This document shows, in pieces, positions 9,537 to 19,736 of a DNA stretch of 64,000 bases; the stretch's first letter is position 1; each line of letters opens with the position of its first letter. The position numbers and the translations under genes were made by a program. Origin of the DNA: a bacterium (lineage in GTDB: Bacteria > Fidelibacterota > Fidelibacteria > Fidelibacterales > Fidelibacteraceae). Location of the stretch: contig OY781066.1 in assembly GCA_963676395.1 (NCBI GenBank), positions 2,176,001 to 2,240,000 on the forward strand. Direction: 5' to 3'. A model generated the notes under the pieces. That model saw only the letters and a program-made list of their open reading frames with translations. It was not told the DNA's origin and did not search any database.

Positions 9537-11120
9537 TTATTTCATGTAAAGCATTTTTTTCGTAGAAATAAAGCGATCATTGACTTTTAAGGTCGCAAAA
9601 TATATCCCGGAGCTTAGCTCTTGGGCGTTAAAGTTTTGACTGTATTCACCGGCAGGTTTTAATTCATTGACAAGATTCTTGATTATTTTACCTTGAATGT
9701 CATAAATACTGATGTCAACATTTCCTTGTTCTGAGAGATAGTAATCAATTCTTGTTACAGGATTAAATGGATTGGGGTAAATATTTTCCAATCGATGTTC
9801 AATGGGGACAACGGGCTCTGTATCTGCGCCGGCGATGTCATAAGAATAACAGTAGGCATGATATATTACATCGTCGTCATTAGTGCTGCTAGATAATGCT
9901 TTATTACTTTTTATAACAAGAAGCTTATCATAACCGTCACCACAAACATCTCCAATACAATTTAGTGTCATTAATTCTATGTTAGTTATGGAAGGATAAT
10001 GCGAGGGTGGAAGGGTGAAATCGGAAGCAAATTCATCGGGAACGGATCCGTAGCAGCCTCTATATTGATAAGGATTTTTTAGGACAATTACCCAATCGTT
10101 GAGTCCATCTCCGTTTATATCTCCAAGAACTTGATCTTTCATGTCAATATTCCCATAAGTATATTTCGGGATGGTATCAAATAAATCATAAATACCCACT
10201 TTTGATTTTTCGACATACCCAAAATTCAAATAGGCAAAAAGTTGTTTGCTGGATACGTCATAAGTGATTACACCCAGTGTGTCGGCGTATAGCAGGGTAT
10301 CAAAATTGTTAGCAATAGTGCTTGGATCGTTTGATCCCATATATCGGTAGATTACATTATGGTCAACAGCTTCATAAACACTGAAAAAATCATCAAATCC
10401 ATCATCATTGATATCGCCCATTGATGAATATGATTCTCCCCAACAAAAATATATATTGCTGGTATCATGATTAACAAATGGGGGAGGATAAAGGATGATA
10501 TCGGCGATTGTTGAGATATTATCATCTCCTAAAAATATATATTGTTTTGCACTGTCTGCTCCATAATACACATAGGTCTTATCGTAAGATAAACCACAAT
10601 ATATATCACTTTTGCCATCTCCATTAATATCACCAATGGTTCCAATGGGGCTAAAATTAACTCTGGTTGAGTACGCAAAGATGCTACAGGTATCATCGGG
10701 AATAAAATCAAATTGTGGACCTCCATGTAAAACATACAAAAGTGGTGTGGAAGTAATATATTTATTATCAATAATAACTTCCAAGTAGGCCATGTCCTCA
10801 TATCCATCACCGTTTACGTCACCAATATATCCAGCGTCATGAGCAAAAAGTCTATGATCGGGTGTAAAATCAATGGGGTTACCGCCAAAAAATAACCATA
10901 CCGAATCTTTAGTATAAAAAACATTTTCATCATGAAATACATAAGCCCAATCGTCGTATCCATCGGCATTTATGTCCCCGAGTTGCCTAATGGACATGAT
11001 CTCTCGTTCTCCCATGGGCGTTTGAAATTCATAATCAAATATGCATTCAAGGGTGTCGTGGGCAAATAGTGGTATTGCAAATAGTGGTAAAACAAACAGA
11101 AATATTTTTTTACATTTCAT
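9537..11120 (-). CDS. Secreted FG-GAP/integrin-like repeat protein with T9SS-like C-terminal domain
   Basis: Repeated GDINxDGxDD motifs; signal peptide; C-terminal NIYPNPFNP. Confidence 0.8.
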   Translation of the reverse strand: MKCKKIFLFVLPLFAIPLFAHDTLECIFDYEFQTPMGEREIMSIRQLGDINADGYDDWAYVFHDENVFYTKDSVWLFFGGNPIDFTPDHRLFAHDAGYIGDVNGDGYEDMAYLEVIIDNKYITSTPLLYVLHGGPQFDFIPDDTCSIFAYSTRVNFSPIGTIGDINGDGKSDIYCGLSYDKTYVYYGADSAKQYIFLGDDNISTIADIILYPPPFVNHDTSNIYFCWGESYSSMGDINDDGFDDFFSVYEAVDHNVIYRYMGSNDPSTIANNFDTLLYADTLGVITYDVSSKQLFAYLNFGYVEKSKVGIYDLFDTIPKYTYGNIDMKDQVLGDINGDGLNDWVIVLKNPYQYRGCYGSVPDEFASDFTLPPSHYPSITNIELMTLNCIGDVCGDGYDKLLVIKSNKALSSSTNDDDVIYHAYCYSYDIAGADTEPVVPIEHRLENIYPNPFNPVTRIDYYLSEQGNVDISIYDIQGKIIKNLVNELKPAGEYSQNFNAQELSSGIYFATLKVNDRFISTKKMLYMK

Positions 11121-11136
11121 TGAATATTCTCCTACT

Positions 11137-11877
11137 TTAAATATGTATACCTGAAGGTATCACGGTATTTTCAAGAGTATAATTTCCATATTTTATCGGA
11201 ATGATTGTATCGTCACCTCTTAGTAAGATGTATGTACATCCACATTCATAAGCATCTTGTATATACTGTCTAAGTGCTCCGGCGTCGTCTTCGATAAACG
11301 ATGCAAGATCAATGCTATAAGAGTTTAGTACACTTTCAATGGAAGTGATACCTATGTTAATTCCTTTTCGTTTTTTCCACTCAATAAAATTATCAAAAGT
11401 TTGAATTAATGAATTAGCAGTGATAATTATATATTCGTAGTCAAATGAAGGAGTAAGGTTATTTTTTTTATCTAATGGGCTAAGTGGTTTTATTTGATAT
11501 TGATCTATATCCTCGGAATTTTCTACAATTGATTTAAGTGCCTCATCATATACATATTGCATATTTTCACTTCGTTGAAGAATTGGATTGTGTTTGCTTG
11601 TTGCTAGATCAGTGAATAACTCAAAGCTAATATTCTCGTTTAAACAATAAATTTCATTTTCTGAAATGATGTAGTATTTTGTAATAATCGGTAGTCTTGG
11701 CTCACTGATATTTGAGGATGTCGGGAAATCTTTATAATTAATTGTCTGATAGTTACTGTTCTCTTTAGCCGTAAAAATTTCTGATATCTGTAGGTATTCT
11801 GAGCGAAATTCGACATTTTTGTTCATATTGGCAAAGCAGACAGCAACAAGTGTAAAAAGAAATATCGCCTTTTTCAT
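11137..11877 (-). pseudogene. Truncated gingipain-like C25 cysteine peptidase
   Basis: Signal peptide, propeptide-like EPRLP, then YIIIT..FIEWKKRKG..IQDAY..YILLRGD..IPS. The frame ends at 246 aa, before the catalytic region. Confidence 0.65.
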
Positions 11878-12065
11878 TTCACAACCTTACTATTATGTTA
11901 TAATATAAAAAATAAAAAACATAAAAATAAAAGTCAATAACAAAATAGGCTGTATGATTTTTAAAGAATATCAATATACCGAATTGCTAAGAAAACAATT
12001 TTATTTTCGGGGGAGATTAAATATCTTTAGATGTTAACGATATCTATCTAAAGAAGGAATCTAAT

Positions 12066-12380
12066 ATGCTACCCAAAGGAAATATGCAACAGCTGATGAA
12101 ACAAGCTCAGCAAATGCAAAAGAAGATGGAAGAAGCACAAAAAGAGCTGGAAGCTAAGGAAGTTACCGGAACAGCCGGTGGTGGAATGGTAACAGTCGTT
12201 GCAACAGGAAAAAAGACACTAAAATCAATTAAAATTGAGCCTGAAATTCTCAAAGAAGATCCCGAAATGGTCGAAGATATGATCGTTGCGGCCGTTAATC
12301 AGGCAATGCAACAAGTGGATGAACTAACTCAGGATACTTTAGGCGGAATTACGGGCGGAATGAATATCCCCGGATTCTAA
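12066..12380 (+). CDS. ybaB: YbaB/EbfC nucleoid-associated protein
   Basis: MKQAQQMQ...AGGGMV...EMVEDMIVAAVN; upstream of recR. Confidence 0.92.
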   Translation: MLPKGNMQQLMKQAQQMQKKMEEAQKELEAKEVTGTAGGGMVTVVATGKKTLKSIKIEPEILKEDPEMVEDMIVAAVNQAMQQVDELTQDTLGGITGGMNIPGF

Positions 12381-12389
12381 GAGGTTTAC

Positions 12390-12992
12390 ATGGCCGGAAT
12401 CCCCGATGTAATTTTAGAAGTTGAGAAGCTTATCTCAAAATTTCCCGGCATAGGGAGAAAATCTGCTCGTAGAATTGCTTTTTATTTATTGGATAAAGAC
12501 CGTGAAGATGTGCTTAAAGTTGCCACTGCGATGGTTGATCTAAAAGATAAGATAGAGCATTGTACAGTTTGCAACCATATTACTGAGCATTCACCTTGCG
12601 ATATATGTGCAAATACAAAACGCGACAATAGTTTACTCTGTATTGTTGAAGATAGTATGGATGTGATTGCTTTGGAAAAATCAGTCTCTTTTAAGGGAAA
12701 GTATCATGTTTTAGGTGGCCTTATATCGCCGTTGGATGGTGTTGGACCCGATGACTTGGCTTTTGATAGTCTTCTTAAACGACTGGATGAAGTAAAGGAA
12801 ATTATTCTAGCCATCAATCCATCTGTTGAGGGAGATACCACGTCATTTTATTTAACGCGCTTATTAAAAGAAAAAGGCATTAAAATTACCCGACTGGCTC
12901 GTGGAATCCCAATAGGTGGTGATTTGGAGTATACTGATGAAGCGACGATTGCCAGAGCGCTTGAGGGAAGAATAGAAATACCCAATGAATAA
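12390..12992 (+). CDS. recR: Recombination mediator RecR
   Basis: PGIGRKSARR, C4 zinc finger, Toprim YHVLGG, EGDTT, GGDLEYTD. Confidence 0.95.
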   Translation: MAGIPDVILEVEKLISKFPGIGRKSARRIAFYLLDKDREDVLKVATAMVDLKDKIEHCTVCNHITEHSPCDICANTKRDNSLLCIVEDSMDVIALEKSVSFKGKYHVLGGLISPLDGVGPDDLAFDSLLKRLDEVKEIILAINPSVEGDTTSFYLTRLLKEKGIKITRLARGIPIGGDLEYTDEATIARALEGRIEIPNE

Positions 12993-13081
12993 CGAACAAG
13001 TAAAAAGAATATTCGATATTTGTGGATTTCGAAAATCACGTATCAGTGTTTCTTGTTTGGATAATATTTGAAAGATACATT

Positions 13082-13687
13082 ATGAATAAAGACATACTAA
13101 AACTCCCAAATATATTATCTTTACTTCGTATTATTATGGCACTGGTGTTGTACATGTTGTACATGAGAGATTTTGTACATCCCGATTTTATTGGTCCCTT
13201 GCCTCTTTTTCTCATTTATGTTGCGATCGCTATAACAGATTATATTGATGGGATTATTGCACGAAAATTTAATATGATCACAGAGCTTGGCAAAGAGCTG
13301 GATCCAATGGCTGATAAAGTCTTGGTATTTTTAATGCTTTTTGCATTTTTTAGAATAGGTTTGTTACCTTGGTGGACGATCTTACCGGTATTTGCCCGCG
13401 ATATTTTTGTCAATCAGCTTCGTAAACGCTCAAAACAATATGAGATCACATTTAAAACCTCCTATATTGCCAAAGCCAAAACAGCGATTCAAATGATCTT
13501 TATCGGTTTTGTTTTAGCTCTCCCGGCTGTGATGAGTTGGAATATTCCGATGGGGTTGTATGAATTTTTAGCAGATTTGATCAGCGGTAATGCTATCATT
13601 ATTATTATGTCGGTGATCATGGTATTTACGGTTTATACCGGAGTGGATTATTGGACGAAGTATAGGCAAGCTTTGAAAGATTCCTAG
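13082..13687 (+). CDS. pgsA: CDP-diacylglycerol--glycerol-3-phosphate 3-phosphatidyltransferase
   Basis: LPNILSLLR; DYIDGIIARKFNMITELGKELDPMADK. Start placed at ATG 13082. Confidence 0.85.
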   Translation: MNKDILKLPNILSLLRIIMALVLYMLYMRDFVHPDFIGPLPLFLIYVAIAITDYIDGIIARKFNMITELGKELDPMADKVLVFLMLFAFFRIGLLPWWTILPVFARDIFVNQLRKRSKQYEITFKTSYIAKAKTAIQMIFIGFVLALPAVMSWNIPMGLYEFLADLISGNAIIIIMSVIMVFTVYTGVDYWTKYRQALKDS

Positions 13688-13762
13688 AAATTAATACGTA
13701 AGATTTGTTGAGACGCAAAATATCGCATTTCTACAGGTCCTGATAATAATATTGGACAAATA

Positions 13763-14245
13763 ATGATGTCTCATTCTCAAAAACTACAGAAAATATCAAA
13801 ATTCATTGTTTCACTTTGTGGTATCGGTTATTTCCCCGGATTTCCGGGCACCATTGCATCTTTAGTTATTGCTGTGGGCGCATTTGCTTTAACATCTTAT
13901 ATAGAGATCAATTGGTTGATTGATGTGGAGATGTTTTTATTGTTCTTGCTTTTGGGTTTGATTCCGGGGGCGCAATTGGTAAAAAATCAGAATATAAAAG
14001 ATCCCTCTTGGTTTGTAATGGATGAAGCTGCAGGTATGTGGTTATCTATGCTTTTTTTACCCAAGGATAATATTTGGGTCGTTATCGTCGCATTTGCTAT
14101 GTTTCGTGTGTTTGATATTTGGAAACCTTGGCTGATTCGTAAAGCGGAAAAGGTTCCGGGTGCTACAGGCATCATGTTAGATGATGTTGTGGCTGGAATA
14201 GCGAGCTGGGTTATAAGCTTTATTGTATGGAAAACATTAATGTAA
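13763..14245 (+). CDS. pgpA: Phosphatidylglycerophosphatase A
   Basis: PGTIAS, DPSWFVMDE, FRVFDIWKP, GIMLDDVVAG. Confidence 0.9.
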   Translation: MMSHSQKLQKISKFIVSLCGIGYFPGFPGTIASLVIAVGAFALTSYIEINWLIDVEMFLLFLLLGLIPGAQLVKNQNIKDPSWFVMDEAAGMWLSMLFLPKDNIWVVIVAFAMFRVFDIWKPWLIRKAEKVPGATGIMLDDVVAGIASWVISFIVWKTLM

Positions 14246-14284
14246 TAATAAAGGGGCACGATTTATCGCGGCTTTACCATAAGT

Positions 14285-15520
14285 ATGAGTAACAATAAAC
14301 AAAAATTTGCTATTATTATTAATATCGGTGATGAATTGCTTGCCGGGCATACCGTAAATACAAATGCCACATGGATGAGCTTAGAGTTACAAAATATTGG
14401 TGTGAAAGTTCTTCGCCATAGTGTAATTGCTGATGAGAAAGAGGCTATTGAGTCTGCCTTGGATAGTGTGGAGCATAATATTTCTTATGTCTTTATTACA
14501 GGAGGCTTGGGACCAACCGAAGATGATAGAACCAAAGCCGTAATTACAAGCTATTTTGGGGGTGATTTGGTTTTTTCGGATGACGTTTACAAAGAGGTGT
14601 TAGAGTTCTTTAAAAAACGAGGGAGAACACCCTCGGGGAGCAATCGTTCTCAGGCAATTATACCTACAAATGCTAAACGCATTGTTAATGTAATGGGGAC
14701 AGCCAGCGGTATGATTTTTGATAAAGATGAAACGAAATATTTTGTTATGCCCGGTGTACCCTATGAAATGAAAAGTATGATGAGCAGAGACATTCTTCCC
14801 ATGTTAGCCACAAAGAATAGGCTTTTGGAGCATGAATTACAGATAAATACTTTTGCTTTACCTGAATCTGAAATTGCCGATAGAATTGCGAATGAATTAT
14901 CTGACGAGCTTTTTAATATAAAAATCGGTTATTATCCATCTGTTAAAGGAATTACTATCCGGTTATTGGCGCGTGATAGCATTCTTGTTAAGAGAGTACA
15001 AGCTAAAATTGTGGATATGTTTGGTAAGCATGTGTTTTCTTTAAAAGGTGAAGCTTTGGAAGAAGTTTTTGTCAGGCAGTGTATTGAGCGAAATCTTAGT
15101 ATTTCGTGCGCCGAATCCTGCACAGGTGGTCGTATAAGTGACATGATCACATCGGTTGCAGGTTCTTCTATGGTTTTGAATGAAGCTTATATTACCTATA
15201 GCAATGAAGCAAAGCAAAGATTGCTTGAAGTTCCTTCTGAAATATTAGATGAGTATGGTGCCGTAAGTACAAATACCGTAAGCGCAATGTTAGAAGGTTT
15301 GTACAAGCGAACACAAGCAGATATTTGTTTGGCGGCAAGCGGTATAGCGGGACCTGACGGAGGGACAGAGGAAAAGCCCGTGGGACTTGTTTATATTGGG
15401 GTAAGATATAGAAATATTGTAAAAGTTAAAAAGTTGACTTATGATAGAGGGCGAGATAAGAATAAAGAATATGCAGCCAGAGCCGTTTTGAATTTAGCGA
15501 GATTAATGCTGATAGAATAG
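14285..15520 (+). CDS. cinA: CinA family competence/damage-inducible protein with PncC (NMN deamidase) domain
   Basis: IGDELL, TGGLGPTEDD, PGVPYEM, AESCTGG, SGIAGPDGG..KPVG. Confidence 0.9.
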   Translation: MSNNKQKFAIIINIGDELLAGHTVNTNATWMSLELQNIGVKVLRHSVIADEKEAIESALDSVEHNISYVFITGGLGPTEDDRTKAVITSYFGGDLVFSDDVYKEVLEFFKKRGRTPSGSNRSQAIIPTNAKRIVNVMGTASGMIFDKDETKYFVMPGVPYEMKSMMSRDILPMLATKNRLLEHELQINTFALPESEIADRIANELSDELFNIKIGYYPSVKGITIRLLARDSILVKRVQAKIVDMFGKHVFSLKGEALEEVFVRQCIERNLSISCAESCTGGRISDMITSVAGSSMVLNEAYITYSNEAKQRLLEVPSEILDEYGAVSTNTVSAMLEGLYKRTQADICLAASGIAGPDGGTEEKPVGLVYIGVRYRNIVKVKKLTYDRGRDKNKEYAARAVLNLARLMLIE

Positions 15521-15529
15521 GAGTATCCC

Positions 15530-16090
15530 ATGTCCGATAAACGATTATTTATAGCTCTTCCACTCCCAAAGGATATTAAAGAAAAATTAGCTGGGGTTCA
15601 GCAATTACTTGAGCCGATTTCTGAAGGAGTTAAATGGGTAGAGGAAGATAATTTACACATTACTTTGAAATTCTTGGGCGAAACTCCTGAGAGAATGATG
15701 GATGAGGTCATTGATGAATTTGATCGTATATGTGAAAATATTGAACCCTTTGAGCTGCAGATAAAGGATTTAGGACAATTTCCCAAGGACGGAGATCCTA
15801 AAATTCTTTGGGCAGGTTTGCAGAAAGTACCACCTGTTGTTTATCGATTATCTGACGAGTTTAATACCGGATATTTATCTATGGGTTTTGATAATTCAGG
15901 CAAGAAATTTGCTCCTCATATTTCTTTAGCCAGAACAAAATCAAAATTACATGAAGAGCTTATTCCTTCATATTATGATATCCAGCTTGAGGCCAGTGTT
16001 TTTAAGGTTGATAAAATTGTATTGTATGAGTCAACTCATAAACGCGGTGCTTTAAAATACACGCCCGTAAAAGAATATTTATTGAAATAA
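15530..16090 (+). CDS. thpR: RNA 2',3'-cyclic phosphodiesterase (2H family)
   Basis: RLFIAL, HITLKF, PHISLAR. Confidence 0.9.
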   Translation: MSDKRLFIALPLPKDIKEKLAGVQQLLEPISEGVKWVEEDNLHITLKFLGETPERMMDEVIDEFDRICENIEPFELQIKDLGQFPKDGDPKILWAGLQKVPPVVYRLSDEFNTGYLSMGFDNSGKKFAPHISLARTKSKLHEELIPSYYDIQLEASVFKVDKIVLYESTHKRGALKYTPVKEYLLK

Positions 16091-16509
16091 GATAAGATTA
16101 AGATAATTTTTTAGAGAGACTGTCGCAAAACTATGTGACACTCATTTGACTACTTATGAAATAATAATTTGAAGCTAATTATGGTTTAAGCCATATGCAG
16201 TATAATTAATAAAACATAATAATGAATGGATATAAAAAGTAGTTGTACCGATGGTGTGGGATGCGTCCCCTAAAATATATTTTAGCGATAACAAAGGGAT
16301 ACGAGCTTTGAACTGAAAAATTAGTCTTAGTAAGATTAATTAATATATAAATTGCTGTGTTTCTTATATTAATTCTTTGCCTATCGTAAATTATATAGTA
16401 GGTTTAGCTTGGTATAAGGATATACGACTTTAACTAGCTTAGGAATGAAAACAATTTATAGACTTGTAATGCTATATTGCAAATAAATACACACATTTTG
16501 GAGGGTATT

Positions 16510-17829
16510 ATGTTAGATCAGAAAAGGTCTATTTGGTCATGGGCTATGTATGACTGGGCAAACTCGGCGTTTGCCACCACTGTAATGGCGGGCTTTTTTC
16601 CGGTATTTTTTGGGGCATACTGGAGCTCGGGTGTTTCAAATGTAGACACAACCGCCAGATTGGGTTTTGCCAATTCAATTGCATCTATCGTTGTTGCTTT
16701 GCTTGCTCCCTTTTTAGGCGCTATTGCAGATAAAGGAACAGCAAAAAAGAAATTCTTGTTTACATTTGCCTTTATTGGTGTGATCATGACAGCTGCTTTG
16801 TTTATGGTTAAAGAAGGACAATGGCAAATGGCGGCATTCTTTTATGTCATCGCTACCATTGGTTTTTCCGGTGGTAATATCTTTTATGATTCACTGTTAC
16901 CCGGTGTTGCTTCCGAAAAGAAAGTTGATCATGTTTCGTCATTAGGATTTGCAATGGGTTATATTGGTGGGGGACTATTGTTCCTTGTTAACGTAATTAT
17001 GTATTTAAAACCCGAATTATTCGGCATTGCAGACGGAAGTACGGCGATAAGAATTTCCTTCTTGTCCGTCGCTATTTGGTGGGCTGTATTTTCAATCCCT
17101 GTTTTTCTATGGGTAAAAGAACCTGAATTTCAAGAAGAAAAATTAAGTATTGGCGCCTCAGTTAAAGCCGGTTGGAATCAATTTATCGGCACGTTTAAAG
17201 AAATTCGTCACTTAAAAGTTGTTGGTATGTTTCTTTTAGCCTACTGGTTTTATATTGACGGTGTAGATACCATTATTCGTATGGCAATTTCAATTGGTAC
17301 AGCTCTTGATTTCCCTGCGGCATCACTGATCGTTGCCTTGCTTATTGTACAGTTTGTAGCCTTTGGCGGATCATTGCTTTATAGTATACTTGCAAGAAAG
17401 ATTGGTGCAAAACAATCCCTATATATCGGTATTGCCGGGTACGCCATCATTACGCTTGTCGGGTTTTTTATGAATCAAGTTTGGCATTTTTATGCGCTTG
17501 CCGTTGCTATCGGTTTATTCCAGGGTGGTATACAAGCCATTTCCCGTTCGTTGTACTCAAGAATTATTCCCGAAAATAAATCCGCAGAATTTTTTGGCTT
17601 CTTTAATCTACTTGGAAAATTTGCAGCGGTGATCGGTCCAAGTTTGATGGGGGTAATTGCTTTGCTTACAAGAAATGCCCAGGATGTTAGTATTGGCGGC
17701 ACGACGCTTGAAAATATGGGTATCAGATATGGCGTTCTATCGATTTTAGCATTATTTATTATTGGTTTCTTCTTGTTGAGGAAAGTCGATATTGAAGAAG
17801 GTAAAAAACAGGTAGAATATCTGAAATAA
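16510..17829 (+). CDS. MFS transporter (UMF1/Atg22-like)
   Basis: SWAMYDWANSAF, multiple TM segments, SRSLYS...AEFFGF. Start moved to ATG 16510 (GAGG RBS). Confidence 0.85.
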   Translation: MLDQKRSIWSWAMYDWANSAFATTVMAGFFPVFFGAYWSSGVSNVDTTARLGFANSIASIVVALLAPFLGAIADKGTAKKKFLFTFAFIGVIMTAALFMVKEGQWQMAAFFYVIATIGFSGGNIFYDSLLPGVASEKKVDHVSSLGFAMGYIGGGLLFLVNVIMYLKPELFGIADGSTAIRISFLSVAIWWAVFSIPVFLWVKEPEFQEEKLSIGASVKAGWNQFIGTFKEIRHLKVVGMFLLAYWFYIDGVDTIIRMAISIGTALDFPAASLIVALLIVQFVAFGGSLLYSILARKIGAKQSLYIGIAGYAIITLVGFFMNQVWHFYALAVAIGLFQGGIQAISRSLYSRIIPENKSAEFFGFFNLLGKFAAVIGPSLMGVIALLTRNAQDVSIGGTTLENMGIRYGVLSILALFIIGFFLLRKVDIEEGKKQVEYLK

Positions 17830-17871
17830 TATGTAAAACGTCGTAACGCGTAATTCGTGATTCGATAAATT

Positions 17872-17901
17872 AAGCCTCGGTGTAGATATCGGGGCTTTTT
17901 T
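17872..17901 (+). terminator. Rho-independent terminator
   Basis: aagcctcggt...atcggggctt followed by a T-run. Confidence 0.65.
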
Positions 17902-18115
17902 AATAAAACATATAAAATTACAAATTGAGAGTCGGGAGGATCGGGTTTTATGAGTGAAAGTTATGTTAAGGCAAATGTATTGTTTTGAGCATGTATTAAA
18001 GAACAATGGGGATGCTCAAAGGTTTGAGATTGATATTGATCCGGAATTTTACAGCCTTCAACGTTTCAATGATTGGATGTTGATGAATTTGCAACGTTCA
18101 TCATATAAAAATCAA

Positions 18116-18144
18116 TTGTATTATTTTATGAAATTCGGTATAAT
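18116..18144 (+). promoter_or_regulatory. sigma70-type promoter of tRNA-Arg
   Basis: TTGTAT-N17-TATAAT. Confidence 0.6.
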
Positions 18145-18158
18145 AGCGACTGTTTATT

Positions 18159-18232
18159 GCCCCTGTAGCTCAGACGGATAGAGCGCAGGTTTCCTAAACC
18201 TGAGGTCGCCCGTTCGAATCGGGCCGGGGGTA
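18159..18232 (+). tRNA. tRNA-Arg (anticodon CCT)
   Basis: Cloverleaf GCCCCTG...CGGGGGT-A; anticodon arm caggt-ttCCTaa-acctg; T-loop GTTCGAATC; CCA not encoded. Confidence 0.95.
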
Positions 18233-18363
18233 CGAAAAAGCCCATAAAGGCAAAAGTAAATAGTTATTAAATAGGGAATTCGGAGTAAAAGGAGTATAGA
18301 CGTGATGTTTGCGTCTTGCGAGTCTACACCGAATAGACCATGAAAGAATTAAAAGGAAGGTAT

Positions 18364-19026
18364 ATGTCACAGAATCATATGACAAAAAAAGAATTGAATG
18401 AAGACCCGTTTTTTGAAGAAGTAGCTCATATTGTTGATTTTTTTAAAAAACATCAGACTTTGTTGATCGCGATCGTTTCCGTATTGATCGTGGCTCTTAT
18501 CGTAGTATTTGGTGGCTCAGCCATCATGAGAAATCAGAATGAAAAAGCTGCAGGACAGTATGGTATTGCAATGGATTATTATAATAAAGCTCAGTATGTA
18601 GAAGCTGAAGATAACTTTATGATCCTGGCAGAACAATATAAAAGAAACGATTGGGGTAAAAGAGCTTATTATTATCTCGCTCTTGTTTCAAAAAATCTCG
18701 GTAACGATGCTATTGAAACCCTTGAATATCTGGAAAAATTCGTATCGACTGACCTTGATGATACCGCTATGAAAGCTGCCGCTTTTAAATTGATCGCTGC
18801 ACATTATTATGGTGAAGGTGATTTGATTATGGCTGCAGATAATTATTTAAAAGCATCTAAAAAAGCTTTATCTCTTAAAGAAAAACTTGATTTGGGGATA
18901 AAAGCCGGAAACCTATATATTGAATCAGACAATGCATCTAAAAAAGATGCTGTGGTCAATTACTTGTTAGGTTTAGATCTAAGTAAAAGTGATGAAGTGC
19001 GTGTTAAAGCACTGACCTTCAGATAA
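18364..19026 (+). CDS. YfgM-like membrane-anchored TPR protein
   Basis: KKELNED N-terminus, single TM helix, TPR-like helices. Start ATG 18364 after GGAAGG. Confidence 0.7.
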   Translation: MSQNHMTKKELNEDPFFEEVAHIVDFFKKHQTLLIAIVSVLIVALIVVFGGSAIMRNQNEKAAGQYGIAMDYYNKAQYVEAEDNFMILAEQYKRNDWGKRAYYYLALVSKNLGNDAIETLEYLEKFVSTDLDDTAMKAAAFKLIAAHYYGEGDLIMAADNYLKASKKALSLKEKLDLGIKAGNLYIESDNASKKDAVVNYLLGLDLSKSDEVRVKALTFR

Positions 19027-19047
19027 TAAATAGTTAAATCATAATTT

Positions 19048-19077
19048 AAGCCTCAGCGATAAACTGAGGCTTTTTTA
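19048..19077 (+). terminator. Rho-independent terminator
   Basis: aagcctcag-cgataaa-ctgaggctt followed by a T-run. Confidence 0.85.
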
Positions 19078-19194
19078 TTTTATTTATTGATTTAACTCAA
19101 GCTATTTGACTCGAACAACTCGATTGAAACATCGTACTTGTTTTGATAACATTATTTATAAGACTTTAAGAAGCTTTTATTTACCTGATTTCTC

Positions 19195-19223
19195 TTGCAC
19201 ATAGCACCTTTAATACATATATT
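19195..19223 (+). promoter_or_regulatory. Promoter of the rimP-nusA-infB operon
   Basis: TTGCAC-N17-TATATT; identical hexamers precede tRNA-Pro. Confidence 0.6.
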
Positions 19224-19230
19224 TGGCGCG

Positions 19231-19255
19231 AAAGTGGGAAAAATCCCACTTTTCT
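19231..19255 (+). promoter_or_regulatory. rimP leader hairpin
   Basis: aaagtggga-aaaa-tcccacttt plus a pyrimidine tail just upstream of rimP; resembles the conserved GUGGG/CCCAC rimP leader. Confidence 0.7.
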
Positions 19256-19274
19256 TTTTTGAGGACGTTGAAAA

Positions 19275-19721
19275 ATGAATGAAATCAAAGTATTGATCTC
19301 AGACATCGTGGAAAGTGCAGGCTATGTTGTAGAGGATATCAAAATGTCCGAAACAGGTGGTACTCTCAAGGTAATTGTTGACTCGGAAAATGGTATCGAT
19401 TCAGGTGCATTGGTTAAGTTGAGTCGCAGTATCCTTAATAATGAAACCTACGATACAAAGTATGCCGAAACTTTTCGTTTAGAAGTTTCTTCACCCGGAA
19501 TTGATGCTCCCTTGACACAAGTGAGACATTTTAAAAAGAATATGGGTAGAGAGATTGATCTAAAGCATTCGCAGGATGGTGTGGCTAATCCTTTAAGAGG
19601 TCGCATTACTGCCGTTGACAATGATAGTGTTGAGATTGAGTTGGAAAATAAAAAAGAAATTAAAAGCGTTAAGGTGACGATGGATAAGATTGAATCCGGA
19701 ATGCTTCGCTTAAAATGGTAA
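19275..19721 (+). CDS. rimP: Ribosome maturation factor RimP
   Basis: LEVSSPGID.PL motif; upstream of nusA. Confidence 0.9.
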   Translation: MNEIKVLISDIVESAGYVVEDIKMSETGGTLKVIVDSENGIDSGALVKLSRSILNNETYDTKYAETFRLEVSSPGIDAPLTQVRHFKKNMGREIDLKHSQDGVANPLRGRITAVDNDSVEIELENKKEIKSVKVTMDKIESGMLRLKW

Positions 19722-19736
19722 ATAGGAGATAGTCAA

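Noticed and set aside
17954..18385. Small ORFs 17954..18181 and 18194..18385
   Set aside because: They overlap tRNA-Arg or its promoter and show no recognisable motifs.
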